Origin: a virus
Lineage: Duplodnaviria > Caudoviricetes
Virus record (IMG/VR): IMGVR_UViG_3300010157_000085
Location: 1-52,677 of that record
DNA: 52,677 nt
Reading direction: 5' to 3' (one strand)
Of this stretch, positions 38,755 to 46,755 are shown piece after piece. Below the pieces are notes generated by a model. It saw only the letters and a program-made list of their open reading frames with translations, did no database searches and was not told the origin of the DNA. The first letter of the stretch is position 1, and each line of letters opens with the position of its first letter. Both the position numbers and the translations under genes were made by a program.

Positions 38755-39129
38755 TTATCTCCAAAAAGGTTTTAGTTCATGACCAAACACACTGGCGTGC
38801 TCTGGTAGATTAGGACTGTATTTGGCATGATCAGGGCCAATGAAACCAGTTGTACCACAGCTCTTACAGAATGACCCAGCACCCTTACAATCTGGACAAA
38901 CTCTTTGTTTGTCGTTGACTCTTGGGTATGGATCCATACGAAGAGTTTTTTGTATGTCAGTTTGTTCGTGTTGTTCGCCTGGGCCATTCTGGCTCAACAA
39001 TGGTTTTGTTAGCGGGCTAAGCAAGCCACGTACAACACCCTTGCCAACTTCTTTGACGCCATCCCAGATCATGCCTGATTCTTTAATGTATCGTTGTTCC
39101 CAGGCTGACAGCTTGATATTTCCTGACAT
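38755..39129 (-). CDS. Hypothetical protein with DnaJ-type Zn finger
   Basis: CPDCKGAG..CKSCGTTG; leader WEQRYIKES; AAGGAG SD. Confidence 0.72.
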   Translation of the reverse strand: MSGNIKLSAWEQRYIKESGMIWDGVKEVGKGVVRGLLSPLTKPLLSQNGPGEQHEQTDIQKTLRMDPYPRVNDKQRVCPDCKGAGSFCKSCGTTGFIGPDHAKYSPNLPEHASVFGHELKPFWR

Positions 39130-39197
39130 GTTTACTCCTTAAGTGTTCATAATATGGTATAGACTGATTGCATCATTAAATTGCCAGAGGATTTTGC

Positions 39198-39476
39198 TTA
39201 ATCCTGGAAACTGAGCAGAATCTGACTGTCTGCAGTGTAAGTTATGTCCATTGGAGCACCAGAAAACATCTTTATTAGTCTGGCAAAGTCAGAAATCACT
39301 ACATTATTGGAAAAACGCACTGAATAACCGTTGCTATCAGCATTATCACTCATGATGATGGTATATTCACGGGATTTTTGGGCAAAATCCTGCTTAAACC
39401 CTGTTGTTTTAGCTGTTTTTATAGCTTTTGTATTGTTTTTATCAGTTATAAAACTGAAATCATACTCTTTTTGCAT
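39198..39476 (-). CDS. Hypothetical protein
   Basis: Start moved to ATG 39476 (AAGGA SD) because the upstream extension contains a promoter. Confidence 0.65.
   Translation of the reverse strand: MQKEYDFSFITDKNNTKAIKTAKTTGFKQDFAQKSREYTIIMSDNADSNGYSVRFSNNVVISDFARLIKMFSGAPMDITYTADSQILLSFQD
39200..39251. repeat. 52-nt direct repeat, copy 2
   Basis: Identical to 38593..38644. Confidence 0.92.
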
Positions 39477-39494
39477 GATTATCCTTAATGTTAT

Positions 39495-39524
39495 ATAATA
39501 TAAGAAGATTTTTTTGGCTGTCAA
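39495..39524 (-). promoter_or_regulatory. Sigma70/SigA-type promoter TTGACA-N18-TATTAT
   Basis: Perfect -35, AT-rich -10, upstream of the SD of 39476. Confidence 0.55.
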
Positions 39525-39550
39525 GCTCATTCATGTTAACAGATTGTTAA

Positions 39551-40918
39551 TTAGTAGTACTGTTGACCACCAAACATACCCTTTTCAGTGTTCATTTCTA
39601 ATTCACCATCACCAGCTGGTCGTCGTGTGAGTACTGGAATATTAGATTCTTGTACATCATTGATCCTCTGCTGAGTGACTGGACCATAGTTACCAAGTCC
39701 TGGCATGATCATCTTGATACCCGCTGAACCATGTTCCTTCATAACATTGAAAGTCTTTCTCATCTGGCTGAGTGTTGACTGGTTTGCACCGCTATCCCAA
39801 GCAAGCTTGCCCAGTGTGGCACTGCTTCTGGGTGTCATGCCAGTGAAATCAATCGATCCAGTGTTGTTTTCGGACTGACGGTAGTAACGGTGAGCTAGCT
39901 CTCTAACAACAGGGTCAGAACTTTCAAGAGCACGGAACACATGCTGGTAATCACGCACCATAAAGTTAGGGTTACCCTGGTGGTGAACAAAGTTCACAGG
40001 CGAAGTGTCAACAGCAAAACGTGCAGTTTGAGCAGCACGTGCCAGGTACTGTTCATAGCGACCGGTGTCACCCGTACTCCTGTTAGGATCAATCATGAGT
40101 CCAGAGTTACGAGGGTGGAAGATGTTCTTCAAGGTTGTTTCTACAGCAACATGCAGTGGGATGGGATTCTTGATTGAATCATATGCACTGCTGGTATTAT
40201 GAGATTGATATCCTCCGGAGCCATCACCGGCTGGTTCCCACATTGGTGCAACAGTATCAACTGCACCGGTGTATACCTGTCCGGAGTTTTCCGGTGTGTA
40301 GTCATCTCTTGAGAACTCACGTACGAGTGGGCTTACAATAAGACTATGCATCTGATCAATGTGAGCTTTGGGATCAAGGACTGTTCCCTCTAGGGATTGA
40401 AGGCCACTGGCGTTGGGTAACATGTGGTGACCAGCAGCAATATAAATGTCCTTATCTTTCCCAATCGGAACTTTGTGCACTGCCATGCTGCTATCATTAA
40501 ACCAGTGTTGCACAGCAGCATTAGGTGGTGAAGCCTGTCCAGCCAGACTGCCACTGGGATTAACAGCAAGTGGAATGCTCATCCAGTCCTGGAGAGGTGT
40601 ACCGGTGTGAGCCAGTAGTCCATGTTCTGGACGAACTGTGTGCTGTCCCGTTTGTGAGTCAGTGGTGATACCGTACAGCTCTCTGGCATCCTGGCTGGGC
40701 TGTGCACCGGTACGGTCCAGGTGCTCCATGTACTCTTCTGCTTGTAGTCGTGCAACCTGGCTGCGTTCACCCCCGGGGTTATAGGGGTTACCACTCAGGC
40801 CCATGTTTCCCATGCTGTCAATAATCGTACGAACAGTATGAAGCCCACTGGGACGTTGTTCAGCAGTACGCACCCGGTGCTTGCTATTAAAGGATTTTAC
40901 AGGGCTCACGCGTGTCAT
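39551..40918 (-). CDS. Hypothetical protein, putative internal virion protein
   Basis: 455 aa; leader ...SFNSKHRVRTA; GAAAGG SD. Confidence 0.78.
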   Translation of the reverse strand: MTRVSPVKSFNSKHRVRTAEQRPSGLHTVRTIIDSMGNMGLSGNPYNPGGERSQVARLQAEEYMEHLDRTGAQPSQDARELYGITTDSQTGQHTVRPEHGLLAHTGTPLQDWMSIPLAVNPSGSLAGQASPPNAAVQHWFNDSSMAVHKVPIGKDKDIYIAAGHHMLPNASGLQSLEGTVLDPKAHIDQMHSLIVSPLVREFSRDDYTPENSGQVYTGAVDTVAPMWEPAGDGSGGYQSHNTSSAYDSIKNPIPLHVAVETTLKNIFHPRNSGLMIDPNRSTGDTGRYEQYLARAAQTARFAVDTSPVNFVHHQGNPNFMVRDYQHVFRALESSDPVVRELAHRYYRQSENNTGSIDFTGMTPRSSATLGKLAWDSGANQSTLSQMRKTFNVMKEHGSAGIKMIMPGLGNYGPVTQQRINDVQESNIPVLTRRPAGDGELEMNTEKGMFGGQQYY

Positions 40919-40955
40919 GCCTTTCCATTCCCGTAAGGGACGAAACTTCTATCTT

Positions 40956-40982
40956 CTAGTGCAGTAAACGGACCAGTTTACA
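40956..40982 (-). promoter_or_regulatory. Putative late promoter TGTAAA-N16-ACTAG
   Basis: Exact consensus; shares ACTGCACTAGA with the 42754 copy. Confidence 0.55.
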
Positions 40983-41078
40983 GCCCCCAGGGCACACAGG
41001 GTTTGGAAATTTTTGATATGAGCTTTCGCTGAGAACCTGCGCCAGACTGATAAAGGTTTAGAAAATCCCGTTAGGGAG

Positions 41079-42563
41079 TTATTCGTAAGCAGTCCAACTG
41101 GAAAATGGTACAGGGTTCTGTAGTTCTCCAAACAGGTTTCCTATAATATCCAGGTGAGCATGCATGTGATCCCGGTGTGATTCACTAACCGGTGATCCAC
41201 GGTGGATTTCATCCCCGTGTTCATCACTGGCTCGGGTGTGCATGAGTATCAAGTTGTTTATGCCGGTGCGTACGTGCTCATTGTGCTCGGGGAATTCTGG
41301 GTGTTCGGGTTCATACAGGCTGCGATGGTCCAGAAGGCCTGTGAGGGTCTTACCGGCTCTTTGGATGCTTGCGCCCTGCCCGCAGGGGCAGTCCAGCACT
41401 CCCGCGATTTTGCTGGTTGCATATCTGGTGGCCCAACTGCTGCCCAGCTTGTCGGTACGGGCACCTGGATAGGCGGCTCTCAGCTCTTCATCTGTAGGGG
41501 TTCTCATGGCCCGGTCCAGAAACTCTCGGTGTTCCGGACTGCGAACTCCTTCTTCACCCAAGAGCACTCGTGCACCTTCACTGTGTTCGTTGGGCCAGTC
41601 ATATTCATCTTGTACCAGTGGTGATAGTCGAGACCAGGCTTCGTTCCTGGTCCGATCGCATTCCTGGTGATTACTGTGACGATCCGGCACGGCATTCTCA
41701 TTGGGTTTCAGGCAGATGTTACAAATGCTCGGCACCTTGCCAGCAATTTCGCTTTCATCTCGCAGTTTTGCACCCTGTTGATCAAGACTTGCTTGTTCTC
41801 TGGGGGTGGGTAACATGTTACTGGGATCTTCCATGTTCTTCTTGAGTGTGTCACGAATAAAACCGACCATATCTCGTGCCTGCTCTTCGGCACTCTTGGG
41901 TTTTGGACGATCCTCCGGATGCTCTTTATAGTGACGCTCAAGTTCAGCACGAACGTCGTGTTCATGGCAGGCTGGATTGCCGAGTGCGTCTTTGCCGCTA
42001 GCCTGATTGCCACAACCACAAACCTCACCGGTAGGAGATCTGTACTCGGGCCGTCCTGGTACGTAGGGGTACCAGCTCGGGTGCATTGCGTCTACTTCGG
42101 GATCTTCGGGATCTTTGGGGTCTTCACTGGCGGTCTTGCTGCCGAGATAGGTTGGCTTGTAGCCGTGCTGGATCTTGGCCGTTTCAAACTCTGTTGGAGT
42201 GAGAAAATGGTAGGCATCCAGGCTGTCATTATGGCTGTAACCACTAGTAAGACCATTTAGAGCTCGCATGTGATCGCTCATGCTGTTCTCGTTAGGATGG
42301 GTACGGTTGTGGATGCCTCGCAGTATCTGTCCCAGCTGATTCAGCATCTCAGGGTTGTTTGCAAACTGCTTGCCCAGCTGCTCGGCACGACGAGCTATCG
42401 CATCCATACCGGGATTAATACTACTAAAATCGCTAGCGATTTCTTCTGTAAGAGGTTTTGATCGTTCCAGATTCTGCTCCAGGCCATCCCCATCACCCGA
42501 CAGGTTGAAGTTTATTTCTGGACTGGCAGTCTTACGCGACCACATATCTGGTATCCAACCCAT
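41079..42563 (-). CDS. Hypothetical multi-module protein, putative internal virion polyprotein
   Basis: 494 aa; RKTAS, LGSKTAS, LGSSWATRYATSKIAG; Cys/His clusters. Confidence 0.78.
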   Translation of the reverse strand: MGWIPDMWSRKTASPEINFNLSGDGDGLEQNLERSKPLTEEIASDFSSINPGMDAIARRAEQLGKQFANNPEMLNQLGQILRGIHNRTHPNENSMSDHMRALNGLTSGYSHNDSLDAYHFLTPTEFETAKIQHGYKPTYLGSKTASEDPKDPEDPEVDAMHPSWYPYVPGRPEYRSPTGEVCGCGNQASGKDALGNPACHEHDVRAELERHYKEHPEDRPKPKSAEEQARDMVGFIRDTLKKNMEDPSNMLPTPREQASLDQQGAKLRDESEIAGKVPSICNICLKPNENAVPDRHSNHQECDRTRNEAWSRLSPLVQDEYDWPNEHSEGARVLLGEEGVRSPEHREFLDRAMRTPTDEELRAAYPGARTDKLGSSWATRYATSKIAGVLDCPCGQGASIQRAGKTLTGLLDHRSLYEPEHPEFPEHNEHVRTGINNLILMHTRASDEHGDEIHRGSPVSESHRDHMHAHLDIIGNLFGELQNPVPFSSWTAYE

Positions 42564-42574
42564 ATTAGTTCCTT

Positions 42575-42721
42575 TTATTTATTTGCGTGTTGCTTGCAAC
42601 TAGGCTCGTCAATGCCATCCCGGTGTTCATTGCAGCCTTTTACGTTGCATTTTCCATACTGTTCATACATGTTAACGTCAGGGCGTTTACTGGCAATTCT
42701 AAAAAAATTCTCATATTGCAT
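42575..42721 (-). CDS. Small Cys/His protein (48 aa)
   Basis: Not in ORF track; MQYENFFRIASKRPDVNMYEQYGKCNVKGCNEHRDGIDEPSCKQHANK; AAGGAA SD. Confidence 0.65.
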   Translation of the reverse strand: MQYENFFRIASKRPDVNMYEQYGKCNVKGCNEHRDGIDEPSCKQHANK

Positions 42722-42753
42722 AAGTGTTCCTTAGAGACTTGTACTAACAACCT

Positions 42754-42780
42754 CTAGTGCAGTCTACTAGAACCTTTAAA
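42754..42780 (-). promoter_or_regulatory. Putative late promoter TTTAAA-N16-ACTAG at the head of the left arm
   Basis: Same spacing as consensus; first position of the minus-strand arm. Confidence 0.5.
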
Positions 42781-42976
42781 ACCCCAGGGTTTCAGAAAAT
42801 GACCAGCCCCCTGGCCCCGTTTTTTTAAAGAGCGGCTTTTCCACAGCAATGGGTCCCCTTTACGGTTAAAAACAGCTGACATCAGGCCGTTTAATGTGAG
42901 ACAGGTTTAACCGTATCGCCCCCCTCGTAAAAACCCAGTAGTTCAGAAAGTGCCAGGGCCTGTCTGCCGTTTTTAC
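42777..42976. repeat. Imperfect ~50-nt direct repeats in the divergence region
   Basis: TAAAACCCCAGGGTTTCAGAAAATGACCAG...CCGTTTTT (42777) vs TAAAAACCCAGTAGTTCAGAAAGTGCCAG...CCGTTTTT (42928). Confidence 0.6.
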
Positions 42977-43300
42977 GCCTTAGATGAGGCCGTGCAGGCC
43001 ACTCGTTTGTAGATTATGAACTTGTGGCAGAGTCTGCGTGGCTTCTCTGGGCTCGGTAGCGGAAGTTACCGGCTCAGCAGCACAACGGGCTAGCAAAGTC
43101 AGGAGTGCAGCAGCACAGGCGTGTGCGGCAAAGTGAGTACCACGGGCCAGCAGCTCGCGAATGCTCACGGACACTCGCACGCCGGTTGTTTCTTGTGTGT
43201 TGTGCAGAGGTACAGCACGCAAGCAACTCGATGCTTGATGGAGTGGTTGGTCAAGCAAAACATCGGGTCCTACAACTCAGCCACAGAATGAGGTAGTGCA

Positions 43301-43549
43301 ATGCAAAGGATTGCCGTACGCACTCAAAGCGGTGCTGTTTATGTCATCGACCGAGAGAAGAAGTTGTTCGCTAGGACTGAACACATCCCAGGCACGACGA
43401 AGTACAAGTTCGACTCCTGGTACCGCTACCACAACGATGTGCAGATCAGGATTGGCCAATGGTTGCTGTTCACCTCAGAACCCAACGAGAACGGTGTGGT
43501 TGAGCTGCTCGCACGATCAACCCCGGTTGTTCGAGTGAAAGCAATCTAG
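43301..43549 (+). CDS. Hypothetical protein
   Basis: GAGG SD; TQSGAVYVID motif. Confidence 0.7.
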   Translation: MQRIAVRTQSGAVYVIDREKKLFARTEHIPGTTKYKFDSWYRYHNDVQIRIGQWLLFTSEPNENGVVELLARSTPVVRVKAI

Positions 43550-43554
43550 CTCAA

Positions 43555-43582
43555 GCATCACTCACTCTACGGAGTGGGTGGT
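43555..43582 (+). repeat. 28-nt intergenic repeat/hairpin copy 1 (C-UACG-G tetraloop)
   Basis: GCATCACTCACTCTACGGAGTGGGTGGT, identical at 43858..43885. Confidence 0.88.
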
Positions 43583-43610
43583 ATCTACGCCTTGAAAGGA
43601 GGTGATAACA

Positions 43611-43844
43611 ATGGCAAGCAGACACGACGAAGTCACCACGATGCCCAACCTCACGTTGAGACAGTGGGAGCACATCAAGATAGCTTTGTTGGAACGCTAC
43701 ATGCGTCTGTCCAATGAAGCTCGTGAGGCGGAGCAACCCCGTAAAAAGGAGATGCTCAAAAAGATGAGCGATGACTGCATGGAGATCCGTGCGATCATTC
43801 GCCCAGTAATCGATGAGCTCGAGGAACAAATATTCTGGGGTTAA
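43611..43844 (+). CDS. Hypothetical protein
   Basis: GAAAGGAGGTG SD before ATG 43611. Confidence 0.78.
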   Translation: MASRHDEVTTMPNLTLRQWEHIKIALLERYMRLSNEAREAEQPRKKEMLKKMSDDCMEIRAIIRPVIDELEEQIFWG

Positions 43845-43857
43845 CTCACTCCAGCTG

Positions 43858-43885
43858 GCATCACTCACTCTACGGAGTGGGTGGT
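43858..43885 (+). repeat. 28-nt intergenic repeat/hairpin copy 2
   Basis: Identical to 43555..43582. Confidence 0.88.
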
Positions 43886-43978
43886 GTAGGGGTCACAGGC
43901 TAACTCCCCCCCCAAGGTCTGTGGCTCCTACACCATCCACACTGGATGGTAACTACACCACGAAAGGAGGTGAATAAC

Positions 43979-44305
43979 ATGCAGAACCAATCCAACAGCA
44001 ACTCTGAGGAGATGACTGATCAGGAGCTGGCCGACGCCATGGCGACGTCGTTCAATCCTGACATGGCCAAGGCTGAGTTCAAGGCCAAGCCCAAGGCAAG
44101 AGCTAAGGGTAAGCGCAAGCGCGCAAGCACCATCAGTGATGATGAGCTATTCGCTCGGATCCTTGACGACCTGCACCGTCAGTCCGTTGTCAAGCAGGGC
44201 AAGGCCAAGCTCAAGCAGCACACTGATGCTACTGCTCGGTACACAGATGTACCACGTACCAACAACAGCATGGCTGCTGCTTTACGCAAGGCTGGCATCA
44301 AGTAG
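43979..44305 (+). CDS. Hypothetical basic protein
   Basis: GAAAGGAGGTG SD; Lys-rich; ends NNSMAAALRKAGIK. Confidence 0.78.
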   Translation: MQNQSNSNSEEMTDQELADAMATSFNPDMAKAEFKAKPKARAKGKRKRASTISDDELFARILDDLHRQSVVKQGKAKLKQHTDATARYTDVPRTNNSMAAALRKAGIK

Positions 44306-44398
44306 TGCCACCCATCCATATCCGTAGTGGAGTAGCTAGAGACCTAGCACCGGGGTACTCCACCCCTGCAGTATCCATCTAGTCCCTGAGGAGGGAAC

Positions 44399-44854
44399 AT
44401 GCAGAAGTTGCCGTTCGAAGTTAAGGATCTGAATGAGGGCATGCAATTGTACATGCTGGGGTTTAACCACAGCAAGGATGGGTACAGAGACATGGCTGTG
44501 AGCCACAATCGTAGCTATCTCATGGCTCTAGCCCAGCAGGAGAATGACCATCCAATCAAGTGGGTGTGTGATGCCAGTGGTGACAACTGGAAGGGCTGGA
44601 GCGAGTATCACTCTGAGTTCTACATCGATGTGGTCAGTGAAACCGATGTGAAGAACTATGGCTACATCAAGCTCACCTGGCACAAGGTACACATCCTTGA
44701 GGAGTATCTGGGCATGGATGAGGACACCTACGCTCCCATCATTGGTCACAAGCCAGGCATTGAGCTCAAGAGTGTGTGGGCAAAGCCTAGTGGCATCTCC
44801 AATGTGATCTCTGGTCCATGTTGGGATGCAGATCTTCTCTACAACTCGCTGTAA
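44399..44854 (+). CDS. Hypothetical protein
   Basis: GAGGAGG SD, 151 aa. Confidence 0.75.
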   Translation: MQKLPFEVKDLNEGMQLYMLGFNHSKDGYRDMAVSHNRSYLMALAQQENDHPIKWVCDASGDNWKGWSEYHSEFYIDVVSETDVKNYGYIKLTWHKVHILEEYLGMDEDTYAPIIGHKPGIELKSVWAKPSGISNVISGPCWDADLLYNSL

Positions 44855-45033
44855 GTACTAGCTGATCATGGGCTCAGTCCGTGGTCAGTCATGTGCGTAT
44901 AGCACACAGTTCTCCCTACTCATTGAAGAGCTGGGAGTTGCAGCAACCGAATGCTGGGAAGCATGCGGTGCAGTACCGCCACACTTGTGGCATTGGCGCA
45001 TCAGCAGTCTGATGCACGATCAGGAGTCATACA

Positions 45034-45882
45034 TTGACGAACGGTCAGCCTACGGGCACCCAGAACGGAAGCACGATTGCTTCCACTGACTCGGCAGCCA
45101 CCGAGAACAACACCGCAGCTGAGGCTATGATTGCAGATGCAATCGCAGCAGCGACGTGGGTCCGTGAGCACCTCGGAGAGATGCCACGCTCAGTCAGAGT
45201 CAGCCGTGTGCCGATTGACACAGTTGAGCTCTTTGCCACAGCAGGCATTGACTTCAACCGGGTGCTCCGCGACAGCATCAGTGCTGTCAACGGTATCGCA
45301 GTCGGTGAGGTGTACGAGCTGATCGACCACGATCTGCTGTCGTACTCACGGTCAGTTGCAGAACGCATGACTCGTGTCAAGCAGCTGCCAGCCGATGCGA
45401 CTGTGGGTGCGAGCTTCGCATACCGCAAGTCGTACCTCAAGCAGCGTCAGCTTGTCAAGGTTGTTGACAGCCTGCAGACCAACTCCAAGGGCGATCAGTA
45501 CTACGTGGTCCACACGGGTACTCTCGACCCAGAGCGTCCGCTTGACGAGCCAGTCTGGCGTACCCAAGAGATGGTTGCCAAGCAGGCTGTTGAGATGCGT
45601 CTCTACCTGCTTGAGACCCCCAAGGGTACTGCACTCTGGCGCTGGCACAACGGCAACAAGCAACCAGTTGGTCTGGGCAGCAGCAAGGTGTTTGCTGACA
45701 AGATCATGGACTGCCTGGAGAGCGAGCAGTACAAGCAGCTGCAACTGCTCGGTGCCAGCAGCCCTGAGCTCAAGGAAGACGACATCTGTCGCTTCCACGA
45801 GGGTCAGCTTGTGTTCTGGAAGGCTACCCACCTTGCAGTGCATGCAACGCAGGCTCTCAAGCCAGCACCATCAGCTAGCTAA
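45034..45882 (+). CDS. Hypothetical protein
   Basis: 282 aa, strong GC3 codon bias, AGGAG SD before TTG; alternative ATG 45128. Confidence 0.75.
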   Translation: MTNGQPTGTQNGSTIASTDSAATENNTAAEAMIADAIAAATWVREHLGEMPRSVRVSRVPIDTVELFATAGIDFNRVLRDSISAVNGIAVGEVYELIDHDLLSYSRSVAERMTRVKQLPADATVGASFAYRKSYLKQRQLVKVVDSLQTNSKGDQYYVVHTGTLDPERPLDEPVWRTQEMVAKQAVEMRLYLLETPKGTALWRWHNGNKQPVGLGSSKVFADKIMDCLESEQYKQLQLLGASSPELKEDDICRFHEGQLVFWKATHLAVHATQALKPAPSAS

Positions 45883-45977
45883 TCACTAGCACTGTTTCCC
45901 TGTATCACTAACAACAGGGTCCAGCTGGCATACCTGGGTCAACAGTATGCCACCCATCTATCCCTTAAGGAGGGGCC

Positions 45978-46415
45978 ATGAAGTATCCGTTTGACAGCAT
46001 GCCAGACTCAGCACAGATAGTTGAATACTATCGTGGGCTGCACTGTCCTCGCTACATCCCAGAGGATGAGAACACACTCTGGCGCAGTGAGGACAACAGT
46101 CAATACCTGTACATCGAGGTAGATACCTATGTTGACTGGGACCTGACGAACATTGCCATGCTGGACGTGCGCATCGACGACGGCAACAGTGAGATGCGTC
46201 ATAAGTTATACATTCAGAGTGGCTGCTACGAAAGAGCCTGGGAACAGTGCCAGATCACCATACCATTCTTTTGTGAGCACGGGTGCACAACAGGTCCCTG
46301 TGCTCATGAAGGACAGCGGATGCAGTTGATGGCCGCTGAGTACCGCTGGTTTGTCAGCATGATTGAGAAGCATGCTCTACCAGTTCCTACAACCAACATC
46401 CCAGAGGAGGGATAG
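45978..46415 (+). CDS. Hypothetical protein
   Basis: AAGGAGG SD, 145 aa. Confidence 0.75.
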   Translation: MKYPFDSMPDSAQIVEYYRGLHCPRYIPEDENTLWRSEDNSQYLYIEVDTYVDWDLTNIAMLDVRIDDGNSEMRHKLYIQSGCYERAWEQCQITIPFFCEHGCTTGPCAHEGQRMQLMAAEYRWFVSMIEKHALPVPTTNIPEEG

Positions 46416-46417
46416 CC

Positions 46418-46561
46418 ATGCTGATATTCAGCAAGTGTAAGCATTGCGGGCAGAGCATCTGCAACCGTGATGAGGTCAATTGGATCCATCTCACACCACA
46501 ACTACGTTACTGTAGTCGGAATGGTGTGGCACTGGACACCGTGGCAGAGCCGGTGGTCTAG
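46418..46561 (+). CDS. Small Zn-finger-like protein (47 aa)
   Basis: Not in ORF track; MLIFSKCKHCGQSI...WIH...YC; GAGGAGG SD. Confidence 0.6.
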   Translation: MLIFSKCKHCGQSICNRDEVNWIHLTPQLRYCSRNGVALDTVAEPVV

Positions 46562-46563
46562 AG

Positions 46564-46755
46564 ATGAAACCAATTAAGTTAGTTTGTAGATACTGTCACA
46601 AACAGATAGAGAATGACGTGGACGTACCACTCCTGTGGACTCATACTGCCACCAGTGATCCATTCTGTGGTAAAGATAACTTATCTACATTCCACCTGGC
46701 AGACTACCAGGGCACACTTAGCTACGAACAGATCATTGAAAGGATGAGCCGATGA
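46564..46755 (+). CDS. Small Zn-finger-like protein
   Basis: CRYCHKQI...WTH...FC; same pattern as the upstream ORF. Confidence 0.65.
   Translation: MKPIKLVCRYCHKQIENDVDVPLLWTHTATSDPFCGKDNLSTFHLADYQGTLSYEQIIERMSR

Noticed and set aside
40928-40946. TCCCGTAAGGGACGAAAC resembles hammerhead ribozyme stem II plus GAAA
   Set aside because: The required CTGANGA core upstream is missing.
42981-43000. TAGATGAGGCCGTGCAGGCC resembles a hammerhead core
   Set aside because: TAGA instead of CTGA, and no GAAA after the stem.
43555-43885. 28-nt repeats as a mini CRISPR array
   Set aside because: Only two copies, separated by a ~275-nt protein-coding gene; no cas genes.
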